Below are positions 34,561-49,700 of a DNA stretch of 64,000 nt, in pieces. How positions within the stretch are numbered: position 1 is the stretch's first letter; each line of letters begins with the position of its first letter. Position numbers and translations under genes: made by a program. The stretch is from Paraspadella gotoi (taxonomy: Eukaryota; Animalia; Chaetognatha): assembly GCA_051294375.1 (NCBI GenBank), contig CM119268.1, positions 14,935,897-14,999,896 on the forward strand. The letters are read 5' to 3'. The notes beneath the pieces were generated by a model. It saw only the letters and a program-made list of their open reading frames with translations. It was not told the origin of the DNA and ran no database searches.

Positions 34561-36130
34561 GAAGGTGTCATACTCTTTTCCAGTATTTTTGTAGCAGAAT
34601 AATTATTTTAACCATGTCTTTTACTAATGTTTGGACTTTTTCTGTATTGANNNNNNNNNNGTGTCATACTCTTTTCTAGTATTTTGTCAATTATTTTAAC
34701 CATGTCTTTTACTAATGTTTGAACTTTTTCTGTATTGAAACGATTTGCAATTTGGCTAAAAAAATTATCATTCAACATCTGATGCCATGTATACTTTGCG
34801 TACAAGTGTAGAGTACTTTCATAGTCATGGTTAAGGTTTGTTTACGACCTTCATGGATTTTCTAAAGTTTTTATTTGTATAGTAACTTAATTAGTCGGTT
34901 TCGATGATCAGTGATTCTTTTGTTATCTCAACTGGTGTTCGCCAAAGAGGCGTTTTCAGTCCATCCTTGTGGGCAGTGGGCAGTATATGTTAATGATTTA
35001 ATCATGAAATTAAAATATTCTGGTTTTGGTTGCAAATTATATTGTATAGACATTTTTTTTTAAATTTTAACATTTTTTTAAAAATTAATTTTCTTTTTAT
35101 TTACTATGCATTAATAAATCTTGTTTAAATGTCCTTGTTTGTTCAATCAAATAAAAATTTTGTTCCCGAGAGCTCCACTTTCAGAGCATATCCGGCTAAA
35201 TAACTTAAAATAATCTAAACAGATAGATCAAGTTACAACTTACAAGTTATTACCCAGGCGCAAACAAAATAGCATCGGGCCTGCTGGCTCAGCCTTACGT
35301 CAAACAAATGTCGCCACATTCCTATTTGTCTATCGGAAACAACTCGAGGTGCTAACCATTTTTACCAAATTGTTGTCTTATTTTTCTCTTTTCAGAGAAG
35401 AAAAAAAAATTCTGACTGCCGTCAACATATTTTCATAAAAAAAAAAAAAAAAAAAATTGTTTTTGATTTGTCGAATTTCCAATATGTTTTCTGATTTTCG
35501 CAATTCTGCCGATTACAAAAACAACGAGGACAAAGCCCTCGACTTGAACGTCACGAACGACTTTTCTAATTTTTTAACGGATCCATATTCGCTGCCAAAC
35601 TCTTCGTCGGAACTCAGTCATAACTTGCACCTGATTGTTACTGCTAAACGGTCATTCCCAAACCGACCCGTTGAAAGAAGGTTGGATATAAATAAATTAG
35701 AAAAAAGGGCAATTTCAATGTGTTGCGCCTCATTGACTTAATAACGTTCATTCTTTTTTAGATGATCTCGCACATTTAGAGTATGTAAAATAATAATTCA
35801 ATTTCGGCGATTTATACCGCATTAATTATATAATAATGAAACCGTATTTTTACGTGGTCATTTGATTACATAAGAATAAAATCTATGGGCAGGTAGCAAG
35901 TAATAATACCTGACCTTTTTGCAAAACATAAATCATATGAATTAAATATTATCATTATGTTAAAACCGACCGAACGACCGAAAAGTGACATAAAAAGTTG
36001 GTACGAGAGAACTAGCTGCCCAACTAATAATTGGGCCTAATCAACCTTGACAAGTACCGGAAGTGAAACTTTTCTAAAAACTCTATGCTAATTCTAAACC
36101 GATGCTAATTATACTAGACGTCATTTTACT

Positions 36131-38320
<2,190 letters not shown>

Positions 38321-38774
38321 AATATAAAGTTTCCGACGTTTTGGAATTTCAGCGACAACGAGTCAACCGACATTTGACCGAGATGATGCAGAAATTAAGC
38401 GACGTCGATGAAAACTAACTGAATCGATCTTTTCCTATTTTGTTCCGAATGAAGTCTGTTTTTTACGCTGTTAATATTTTATATTGTTTTCGTTATACTG
38501 GTATTGCAATCCCATTTATTTAATTCGCAGAAGCAAAAGAATGTTAAAATCGGTACAATGGAAGGTAGAAAAAAACTTTATGATAAATACTTTAATAGTT
38601 AAAAATATTCTCTGGTTGTTTTGAGGAAACTTCATGACCACCTTAAAAATTAAGAAGAAAAAAAATTTCGAGTAACAGTTAGATTAAACAAAATAATAAA
38701 ACTAAAAAACATCTCGTAGATTTTTGAGCTTACAACTTACCGACTGTTTTATCCCACCCTCCCAAGTCAAAATC

Positions 38775-39223
38775 TCAAGCGCCGGGGTCGCCAACAAATC
38801 CATTATTAGGATCGTCGTGTCGCGGTCCTGGCACGGTCTGGCAAGTGCATATCATTCCGGCCTGTAATTCACAAAGTTACCTTTTCTTCATTACTTCATT
38901 ATTAATTAAAAAAAAATAGATAAGTGATACGTAAAACTACAACAAAAATTAAATCAGAGACGAGAGAGTTTGTGTACCTCATCAATGCAGTCACAAATCG
39001 GAGATTCCGGGCAGCAAGGTTCTCGATTTTTGTAGCTGTTGCCGCAAGGGTGGTTCGTTTTGCCGCAAAGTGCCCAGGCCAAATCCATCTGTGAAGCGAA
39101 TAAAAATTTATAAGTTTTTTTTCACCTGTGACAAGAGACGAAGAAATAGAGTACAGTAAACTTTACTTGGTGGACGAAGACGCCTAACATGAATAAAATC
39201 GTGAAAAGAGTGCAACGCTTCAT
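38775..39223 (-). CDS. Secreted inhibitor cystine knot (agatoxin-like) peptide precursor, 84 aa; exons 39223-39167, 39088-38978, 38861-38775
   Basis: MKRCTLFTILFMLGVFVHQMDLAWA-LCGKTNHPCGNSYKNREPCCPESPICDCIDEAGMICTCQTVPGPRHDDPNNGFVGDPGA*; pattern C-x6-C-x9-CC-x5-CxC-x7-CxC; two phase-0 GT-AG introns. Confidence 0.85.
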
Positions 39224-39700
39224 CTTGGATTTTAAGTTGTTTTTTTTTTCCTTTGCAATGAAGATCCGTCAGTTGTTCACTAAAATCGGTCCGTCGTTTT
39301 TCGTCTTCCTTCTTTCTTTTTTTTTCCTTTTTTTTTCTTGTCGTCGTCGTCGGTTTTGTCTTTTTTTTTGGGATGACATGACGCCTCAATTTTTTTGACG
39401 AAGACAAATGACTTTCGGACATTAAATGTTTGGAATGTGAACTTTTTAGCAAAGCAACCAAAAAAAGTGTGTTGTTAAGTATTTTTTAAAAAATATATAT
39501 TTTTAATGCCTTGTGCGCCATTGATATGACAAGTATTTTTCATTGAGCAAATAAATTTTATTTGAAATTCATTTGGTAGTTTAATACTACTGTCCAGGGC
39601 TTTTTGTCGATATTTTGCCGTGTTAGGGATGTCAAACGGACGAGATCACTATGAAGCACCGCGTAGCATTTTCTTTTTTTTTTTTCCTCGCCGTGACTAT

Positions 39701-42700
39701 TTAAACAAGATGGGCAAAATCGATTTCCATCAAACAATCGTTGACACGACGGTTCAAGATGTTCTCGCCGCCAACGACGAACAACTTGGAGCCATCAGTC
39801 AACGTCGCCGTGGCATGATTAAAAACGCCGCCGTGGAGGGCGCTAGAGGAGTCTTTATCACGACGACGCTCGTGATGTCGCCCTCGTCGCGGCTTCCGGA
39901 ACCGCTGGAGATCGAACTCGAGAAGTTTCTTCCATTCTCTCTTCCCGAGATCAAAGGAAAAGGCGGACGAGGAAGTTGAGAACGACGACGACGACGCCGA
40001 TACGAGACCGCCGACAAGAAGAAGAGTCTTGTCTCCGACTTGATCGAGAGAGGCTCTGTAGGCGGGAGGAGGCCGTGGACCGCCGGTTGACTGTCAATCG
40101 GGTTGTTAGTGACTGAGAATTCAGTTAACGCACCAAAAAAAAAATTACAAAACTCAAGCAGCGCGCAAACCTTAATTTGTGTCCACAGCAGCGTTGCCCT
40201 CGAGAGTCTGTGCAAATCGTTTGAGAGAGTCTTTCCGTTGAATCCGCCGAATATGAAAACGTCGCCGGAAGGAGTTGCCGCGCAGCAGCAGCCTGAAAAA
40301 ATATTTAATAAGTCAACATACGTATATACTTTTGATAAAATACTCATAATCCGATACAAACTCTTGTTTATACCTGCTCTGGGCTCGGGTTTACTCCCCA
40401 CTGTCTCCACAAGACTCCACGTTTTGCTCCATAGATTAAAAGCCCAGACGTCATTGAGATGCTCGTTGTTAGCCCCAACGCCTCCATAGACGACCACCAG
40501 CCTGTTACCCCATCTCCAGGAGACGTGAAGCCACCTGGGTCGTGGTTGAGGTCCGCGTGGCCACAAGCGTTGCCACCTAAATGTTTATGAAAAAGTATTG
40601 GTACAAAAAAAATTATTTCTAGTACTATTATATAAATTAAAAATGTAAAATTAAAAGAGAGTGACCTAAACGCGATGTCGCTTTTCACCGATTTTTCGAC
40701 TTCATCCTCGTCCACCACTCCGTCCTTCTTCCTCGCCCCGGGTTCCAGACATAATCTGTAGAGGGCGTTCGACCGGACGCCGCGTTGTTCGCCACCGAAG
40801 AGATAACAGTCGCCGGCGATGACTACGGCGGTGGCGCCGCATGTGGGAGGTGGCACGTCACCTTCGAAGGATCAGAAACAAGAGCGAATTTTGCTTTGTT
40901 GACACGAAAGAGTCTTTTTACCATTGCACTTTTGACGCTGAAATTTGCCGGTTTCGTGCTGGAAGGTCCAGAGGTCGGCCGAGGTCATGGGTTCGTAAAA
41001 TCCCGGACGAAAGCTTCCACCACGTTCGTACTGAATCCCTCCGTGCTGCTGCGCGTAATAAGAGGTGGATGCGGGCCACAATTGACTCGGTGGCGGGGCG
41101 TTGATGGAGAGCGTCGGGGATGAAGGGAGCGGGAAGCGAGGAATTTCCTTCGATGCGCGATCGGCGTTCGTGGAAGGAGAGGAGTATCTTAAAGTTCGAA
41201 ACATGCATTTGCGCAAAAGATTCCTTAATTCCCTCTTTGAGATAGAAATCTTAAAATTGGACGGAGAGTTGGAGGAAGCTGATCGATCAAGATACGATCC
41301 TCGTTCGCAGGCTGCGGCAACTGAAGCGTCTGCAGCATTCGAGTGAGTTTTGACGGCAGTTTCTTTAAGGCCAACAACGTCGAGAACGCCCTTAACCGTA
41401 GAACTTTCTACATCCGAAGCAGTGCGTAAATTAGACTCTATAATATGGTACGTAACACCGTACCCCACTTTGGATATCATTCCTTCATCGTTTAATGGAG
41501 TTTTTGACCTTTGGCTTAGTTGAGGAACATCCAAATCACCAAATGACGGCAGAGAATTCGACGAAATATTTTTATCGCATTTTTCAATATCGGGAATTAA
41601 TATTTCTCCCATTAATACTGTATTTAAAATTCGTCTTTTTACGGATTTTCCGTCATCTTGTGCATCTTTTTCTTTAAATTTGTTTTCCTGAATCTCATAT
41701 TTTGAATTCTCTTTTTCGTCGGGCGACTCGGACTTTTTTTCTGGCAACGACGCCACCAAAGAACCGATTGCGATGGAGGAGACTGGCGCAGGGGAGTCGA
41801 GAATTGACGCTGCTTTTTTTCCTCCCCAAACGAAAATAGAATTTTGGAATCCAAAGGCCACGTGATAGCACGGAGCCACGAACGCCTTGGGGGAAAAAAC
41901 AATATCTAAAAATTTTAAAAAAGATTAAAAATTATACAATTATCGATGGTCGACAGTTTCTTGTCAAATACTTCCGTGATAAACTCACTCCTCTGTGAAT
42001 TTCCCGCCTCGTGTCCCGCATGGCAAACGGTAACGCATTTTTATAGACGCGAAACACTTCTGGTTTGGCGCTGATTTTAGCGAATTGGACGGCGCGAAAA
42101 AGGACGGAAGTAACGTAGGCGTTGTCGCTTGTTGCCAAACATCTGTTAGGAAAAGGGACGAAAACAGTGGATCGGGAAATACGGACTTTTGGTTTTCAAC
42201 GATCAAGTTCATATCAGCTCTTAATTGTCTTAGATAGCTTATAAAGTAAAAGAAGACAAAGAAAATGACAACGAAAAACCCCACCGATTTTAACCTTTGC
42301 GAGAAGTTTGCCTTCGGGACAATCTCCTTCAGCGTGTCCGTGTCTCCTTCGGCAGTGAGTCGGCAGAGAATGTCCGCGCATGTTTTGAGGGCGTCGTCGT
42401 AGACTCCGGTGGGATAACCGCAGCCAAAATCTAAGATGGCGGAAATAATTTTAGCGCGTAGGCGCAGATCGATGGAGTTCGGGTCAAACGCTTTTTCGTG
42501 AAGTTTGACGCGTTCGCCGAAAGAAGGAACAACGGAATGGTTGACATATTGCCTTGTTTGTTTGATTTGGAAATTTGCAAAGTCACAATCGGAAATGCTT
42601 TCTTTCCTTTTAGGTCCATCATAAGACGAACACAAAGCTTCCTTGCAGCCTCGATCATCGCGGGAATTCAAATCAGAGTAATTCGTGCTCAATCCATCTT

Positions 42701-43681
42701 CCCCGGCATTATTTGCACACGAAAGATCATCGATTCTCATTCTCCTGTCAGTTTCATATCTGCCGAGAGGAGAGACATTTTCCGAGCACAAAACATCCGG
42801 CCTTGGGTCGACATCGTCGGCACCGGATCGAAGCGACACGAGGATCGGAAGGAGGAAGTCGTCGATGGAGGAGAGACGAGGGGAGAAGGGTTTGAGGTAG
42901 GAAAGGAGATAGTGGAGAGAGCGGAGACCGTCGCGAGAGGCAAGATCGACCAGACCTGGTGGAGATGGTGTACAATTATCTTAACTCGAAATTGATATAT
43001 GTATAACTACTTCTCGCCCCACCCTTAAAAACCTTCGGACAGCCGGTCCAAATTCGCGCCGATCCTGACCAACTCGACGAGAAATTTAGCTTTTTGTCTG
43101 AGGTCCATCGCCGGTGAGCCGAGGGTGTGTTTCACGACGCCATCGCATCTTTGAAAGCAACGCAAGGCGTCGTCTTCGTCGTCGTCGTTGTAAGAGGCGC
43201 CGATTCGAACCAAAGTTTCAAGACGAGCGGCGTCGACGCCGACGCCCGCGTCGACCAACGCCAACGTCGTCAACATGAGAGATTTGGACTGAAAATCAGA
43301 ACCGAGGTTGGAATCTCTATCTCTTTCAGCACGGATCTCACCCACAGCGACTATACTCAAAAGACGCCCACCTCCATATCGATCCCTCGTCGCAACATCG
43401 AGTCCATTCCGGCGCCGGATTCTCCGTTGGCGCCGACGACGTCGCGAAGATCGTCAAAGTTGGCGCCGGTGATTTCGATGCGCCGAACGAAGAGCGCCGC
43501 CAGCGACGATCGGTGGGCGGCGTCTCCGTCGTCGTCTTTGTTGACGGGCGAGTCCGCCATGTGACGAACGAGGCTCTTGTGGTTTTCGTCGCGCATCGAG
43601 AATATTTTTCTGAGATTTATTTATTTTTATATTTATATATTGTTTGATTGACTTGTTGATTGATTGATTGATTTATCTATT

Positions 43682-43713
<32 letters not shown>

Positions 43714-46700
43714 TCGATAAAAGATGAATTAAAATGGGTTTGCTTTTCGGCATACCGTTGTTCATTTTCGGAGCAAATCGACAGAGTCGATGCCACTTGC
43801 CCCCACTCTCCATTTTGGATCAAGTTTTGCGAGTGAAAGAACAAAGCTTCGATGGCCTTGAGTCCGAGACGAGTCACCCGCTCGTTGCGCTTGTATCTAC
43901 GAAAGTCGTCAATAAATGAGAGACATAAAATATGAAAGATTCACTTCTAAACTTAATCAGTTCACACTTTTGAAACAACGCGGTGAAGACCATCGATATC
44001 GGAGCTCCGGTGGCCACAACGACGGCGATGACGATTTGAGCCGCTGCTGTGGAAAAGTAGCACGCCTTTTCTTCAATGTGGTGAAACCAAAAGTAGACAA
44101 CAGCCATGTTGACCGCCCCCATGGCAGTAAAGTACATCAACTGTTGGTTGTACCTGATTTTGAAAAAGTTCTTATTTCTGTAACTTAATTTTTTCCCCCC
44201 TCTTCTTCTCTTTTTTTCTTTTCTTTATTTATCTCCCTCTTTCTCTCTCCTCTTTCAATCTCTTTCTTTCGTACTTTCTTTTGTTCTTTCTTTTTTTTAT
44301 TCTTCCTTTCTCCTTCAACCTCCTCTCTCTCTCTTTCATTCTTTCTTTCTTTCGTTCTCCTTCAACCTCCTCCTAGGATCTCCTTTCTGCTTCTCCAGAT
44401 CCGCTTCATCGAGCCACTCCTTGGAGGCATCGTTGAATCGCCTCGTCCGAAACTCGAGGAGGGTGAAGGTCGAGATGAATCCGCAGACGAGAAGTCGGGT
44501 GAAGAACCTCGTCAAGCGGGAGAGGCGCTTCTTCGGGTCGTTCGTCCGCAGCCATCTGGAGTCGTGCATTATTTTACTTACTTAATTTGTTATTTTGTTG
44601 GAACTAGGGTTCCAATAACCGTTAATTTTTGAAAAATTTAGCTTAACCGTTAAAACTAATATTTTTAACGGTTAACCGTTAAAATCGGTTAATTTTATAA
44701 TTTTACTTTAAATTTAAAATATTATTATTTAAATCAAACTAAAGTTTTTAATGGTATTTTATCTTTAACTCTTGCTCCTGTATCTTTTTATCTTCTATTT
44801 CAGATAGATAGGTACACATTTTAGTTAGTAAATTAAAAATTGATTTGAGCAAACTATTTTGAATCCACTATGATAATTTAGCTAATCAGATAATGCATCG
44901 TGATAAATCTTATTTACAAAACTTTTTCTTTTACTCATAGCATAATAAAAATATATAAAAGGACAAAGAAAGAAAAACCACTAGGTAATTCTAATTCTAT
45001 GTTTGTCTTTTCTTTCTCTCTCTTTCTTTTTTCTTTCGTTATATCTCTTCATTATTTTTCTTGATGTTAGTTTCGTGAACGCTTGTTTTCTGTTTTTATT
45101 TTTTCATAAGCCATAAGGAGAATAAGAGAGACAAAAAAAATAACTATATCTTTTAAAAAATCAAAGATTTTATACCAAAAAAAAAAAATCATTAAAAATA
45201 AAAAAATTAACCGAATTTAACCGTTAAAATAAATATATTAACGGTTAGGTTAAAATTATTTTTAACCGTTAATAACCGTTAACTGTTAACGGTTATCGTA
45301 ACCCTAGTTGGAACCCTTGCATTTTACCTACGTAGAAATGCTAGTTCTACGTCTTGTTTTTCGTTCTTGGGAATTATCAATTAAGTTTCGGAGAGAAAAA
45401 GAAAGGAAAATGGAAGAGGAAGAAGAATTAATTATTAATCTTCCAAGTATGAATTCGTTGACGTCGTAAGATGGTTATGTTTCTCCTTTTTTTCATACTA
45501 GTAGTATGAAAAAAACTACCCCTCGTTTCATTTTTTTTTGCAGTTTTTTTTTTAACACAATATACTTATGGTATAGATAGAAAGAATTACTCGCAAAAAA
45601 AAACTTTTATATCTTTTCCAGGCGGTTCAACAGAACTATAACAACCCAGTCCCCACCCCAACTCCCCCCAACCTCCTCGTCCGCTTGAGATCCAAGTTGA
45701 GATACTCGAAGAGGGCGAAGGCGGCGGTGGAAAAGGCGATGACGACGACGGAGGCGGCCTTGTCGTAGTGGGAGGCGGAGGAGGCGTAGGCGGCGACGAG
45801 GACGCAGCGGGCGGCGATGGCGGGAGATTTAGCGAAAAGGATGAGGAGATCTCCTGAAGGAGGAGGTGGGCGAACTGCTGGCTCAGAAGATTGAAGCGGT
45901 AAAAGAAGGTTAACGACAAACTAGCTAATCGATTCTAAAAAACGAACACGTTGATTCTTAAATGAAACGAGGTGGGCGATTAAAAGATTAAGAGTGGTCA
46001 AGAAAATAAGTGCGGGGGGAAAAAGTTAGTAAACACTAAACGGGCCATTTAAAGTTGGGTCTAGAATGTGAAGCCTAAATCCTCAACGTTCACCCAAGGC
46101 CGTGCTTTCCCGCTTGACCGGGTTGCGCTTGATTTTGTTGGCCGAATAGTCGGCGACGGCGAGAGCGAGAGACAAGAATGAGGACACGATTGAAAAGCCT
46201 CGAACCACGCCGATCGATTCGCCTTTGAAATTAATGAGTAGGTCAATCACCCAACAAGAACCTTGAACCTTTTCTGTCCTCGTATAACTGAAGGTCTGAC
46301 TCGCCTATGACGAAGCTGATCATCAGTTGTATGATGAGTTGAGGAGCGTTCTCGAAGAAGGCCTCGCGGAACCTGTCCTCGGAGAGATGAGCCAAAGCGT
46401 CGAAAAGGCGAGAAGTTTCTGAGGGTTTGTAGGCGGGACATCCCAAAACTACCTAGGGAGAAAGAATAAGTTAAAAGATAAGAAAAGAAAAGAAAATAGA
46501 AATGAAAAGAAAATATAAAAGAAGAGAAAAGAAAAGTAAAGAAAAGAAAAGAAACCAGAACGGTAATTCAAATGTGTTGCGCCGCAGTGTCTGCCTTATC
46601 ATATAAATTTTTTATGACATAACATAACATGACATGACGTGATATAACATGACTACAATAACTTTCTTAGCCCGTGAATTTATGACATGCACTGCATCAA

Positions 46701-49700
46701 AATTCTGTCTTTTATCTCTTAGTTTTAGGATTTCCTGAAGTCGTCCCTGATATTTGAGGTTTTTTCTGTCTTAACAAAAGAGCAACAATAGGCAAATTAT
46801 ATGCATCTTTAATGTAAGTGGGACAGACCGACGGACAGACTTACCAACGGACGGACCGACCGACCGACCGACAAGTGACCTGCGAGTTGCTCCGCGAGTA
46901 CTTGCGCCGCAACTAAAAATTCTATAAATGAAAAAAAGCAAAAAAGAAATTACGATGAAAGGAGAAAATAAAATTAAAAAAAAAAAAAACCGAGGAAAAG
47001 AATTTAACAAGAAATTAAAAAAGAAGCATGAAAACGTTCATGAAACCGAACTAACTTCAATGACGTCTTGAACGTCTCGAGGTGAATCGGGGAAGCTGCG
47101 AACGCGACCTTTGGTTACAGCAATCGTGGCGGCGGCGGCGGATGGGTCACCAGGAACGGTGGCTGAGACCCCAGCACAGGCGGAGATGGACGCCGCGGTC
47201 GACGAACGCTTCTTGGCATTGACAATGCCATTGTCCGTGGTTGTTGTCGATGAACTCGGGACTGATTTGGCGATAACGTCCTCTTCGACGTCGTCTGAAA
47301 TTGAAACGTCATCTGCGTCGACGGGTTCGTCCGATTCCCTCGCGCATCTTTCGTTCTTCTCTCCTTGAGTCTCACGCGATCTTAATCGAGTGAACAGGCG
47401 TTTTCCTAGACGTCTCGTCCACTCGGAGAAACGCCGCAAACACGACTGCGTAAGAACGCGTTTAACGAACGCTACATAAATCTAATTAAAATTGCTAAAA
47501 TAAATGGATTATCCATCTACATCAGATCTGACTGACCCGCCTCAATGTTTCCGTCGATTTCTTCCGCATCCAGCGCCGTCGAAAGTCGGTCCAGGCGGTC
47601 GTTGACGGCTCATCCTCCAGCGGAACCACCGATTGCTTTAATCGCTGGATTCGAAACCTAAATTCATTAATCGAATACATTTTTTTTTTAATTATCGATT
47701 CGATGTTTATGTACACTACGTTCACTATTCACTACTCAGTTATTGTTATCATCGCAGCCTCACCAAATCGAAATCTGACGCCACTGGCGGACGTTTATTG
47801 CGACGGGAAGGATGATGAGGAGGAAAGCTTGGGCTATAAAGCGAATGGCAACACCGCACGGGCCCTGGTGAGCCACGAGAGCTTCCACACGAGGCTGCGG
47901 CAGTGGCGCTGAAAAATGTTTGAGTACAGACGATAAACTCGCTTAAAGAAAAGAGCTCGGAGGCCAAAGAGTTCTACCAGTGACTGATCCGGCTTCGCTC
48001 TGATCCAGAGGCTCAAACCCGTGATAAAAGTATTTCCAGAGAATTTCCCGAAGAGAGAGTTGACAAAGGCGCAGGACCGAAGCGAGGTAGACGAAAAGAA
48101 GGGTAAGGTAGAACCAGAATGGTTCGCGGGGTCCAGAAAGGGGGGTTGGGCTGGAATAACGCGGACAGCAAAAATCTCCAGCGACATCTAAAAAATATTT
48201 CGGAAGCGTGATTAAGTAATTATATTTATAATCGTTAGTAATATTAGTAAGTAAAACAGGGAACGCCGACATCGACCCGATTCTGTGACAAAATCGTATT
48301 CATTAAGACAATTTACAAAATAGCAAATGAAACATTCGATTAAGAAATCGCCAACTAATTGCATTTTGAAGGCTTCCCTTTTTTGTGATCAGAATCTGTT
48401 CCCAGCAAAACCAATTTAATGGATCTATCGAGGCGAATTTTGGGAGGGCCAAAAAAGGCTAAAACTTTTTTGTTCATTTTTAAAAATTTTTTAGTAGCAT
48501 CAGGTGCATTGAAGTTTTAAACATATGAAAAATTTTAGAACTAAAATATATAAATTTTCAATAATTAAGCATAGTTTGAAGATGCATGGTTCATCGTTTA
48601 CTTCCAATTTACCCAAATTATTCCAAATCTGACTTGAACTGCTGATTAAGGCGTAGTGAAAGTTACGTACATTCTAAAGGTCAATTATGAACAACATACC
48701 ATCAGTAAACCTTATTTTTTAAAAAAAATTAATTTTATGTTTTTTAATTTTCGCAGTAGGCTATATTTATATATAGTACTATCCTTATAAAATCGAAAAA
48801 TTTCAAAAGAGGCTTTTCTTAATTTTGATTGCAGATTTGAATTCCTCGTCAAAAGTTGATAAAAGAAAATATAAGTTATTTTTAAAAATTCTTTCATTAA
48901 GTGGGTTAAAAATTACAAAAACTATATTTAATATATAAAAGTTAATTTTCAGCTTAAAATATAACTTTTTCTAATTTTTGACCCACTTAATGAAGGAAAT
49001 TTTTAAAAAGAGTTATATTTCTTTTTATCAACTTTTTATGAGGAATCCAAATCTGCAAAAAAATCTTAGAAAAAACTGTTTTGAAATTTTAACATTTATT
49101 GGATTAGTACTAGTATAAATATGGCCTACTGCATAAATTGTAAAATTTATTATAATTTTTTTTTATACATAAATGTTCATTAGTATAATGTTGTTCGTTC
49201 CTCACTTTTAAAATTTTAATTAAAGTTAAATTTAGAAATTTTACTACGCCTTACTGCTGATGTTCATGAAGCTGAAAATTAAGGTAAACTAATATTTTTG
49301 AGGTAATAAATACGTTTTTATGGAAGAGTAAACGTCTATGCAACAGTTCCAAACAAAAATAATGAAAAATTTTTTAAAAATATTTTGACCATTTTTTGCT
49401 CCTATGGGCGACCCGCCGGGGGGCCCATATCTCGGCTCAGGGGTCAAATATTGAAATTCTATTTGTATTCACATAGGGATCGTTCATACCAAATTTCAAT
49501 AAATTTGGTCCAGTAGTTTTCTCGGAACGAGTTCTGGTCACAAAAAGGTGTACCTCATTTTATAATATCATCAACGGAATGGACCTATAAACGGACTAGG
49601 CCGACCAAGTTTATAGGTCCATTCCGTTGATGATATGAAGCCTTCTGTATTCTACTCAATAAAATCGCTAAAATCAGGAAAAATCCAACCTGCCTCATCC

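Larger units (their letters stand above)
48462..49640 (-). mobile_element. Non-autonomous Helitron-like repeat interrupted by two insertions
   Basis: Collinear with 63453-63960 (+): TCATATTATAAAA..TGTGACCAGAAC.CGTTCCGAGAAAACTACTGGACC.AATTTATTGAAATTTGGTA. The superfamily call is inferred from the TC start and these 5' motifs. Confidence 0.7.

Noticed and set aside
34565-34740. Direct duplication of about 85 bp either side of a 10-N gap
   Set aside because: Typical unmerged allelic contig overlap.
43677-43877. Resemblance of LFFHSQNLIQNGEW to the ZFYVE26 N-terminus
   Set aside because: No ATG of its own, no FYVE or other spastizin motifs, and it splices in frame to the XK exons.
45587-45919. 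Proline-rich ORF
   Set aside because: Wrong frame; another frame encodes the XK TM segment IAARCVLVAAY with compatible splice phases.
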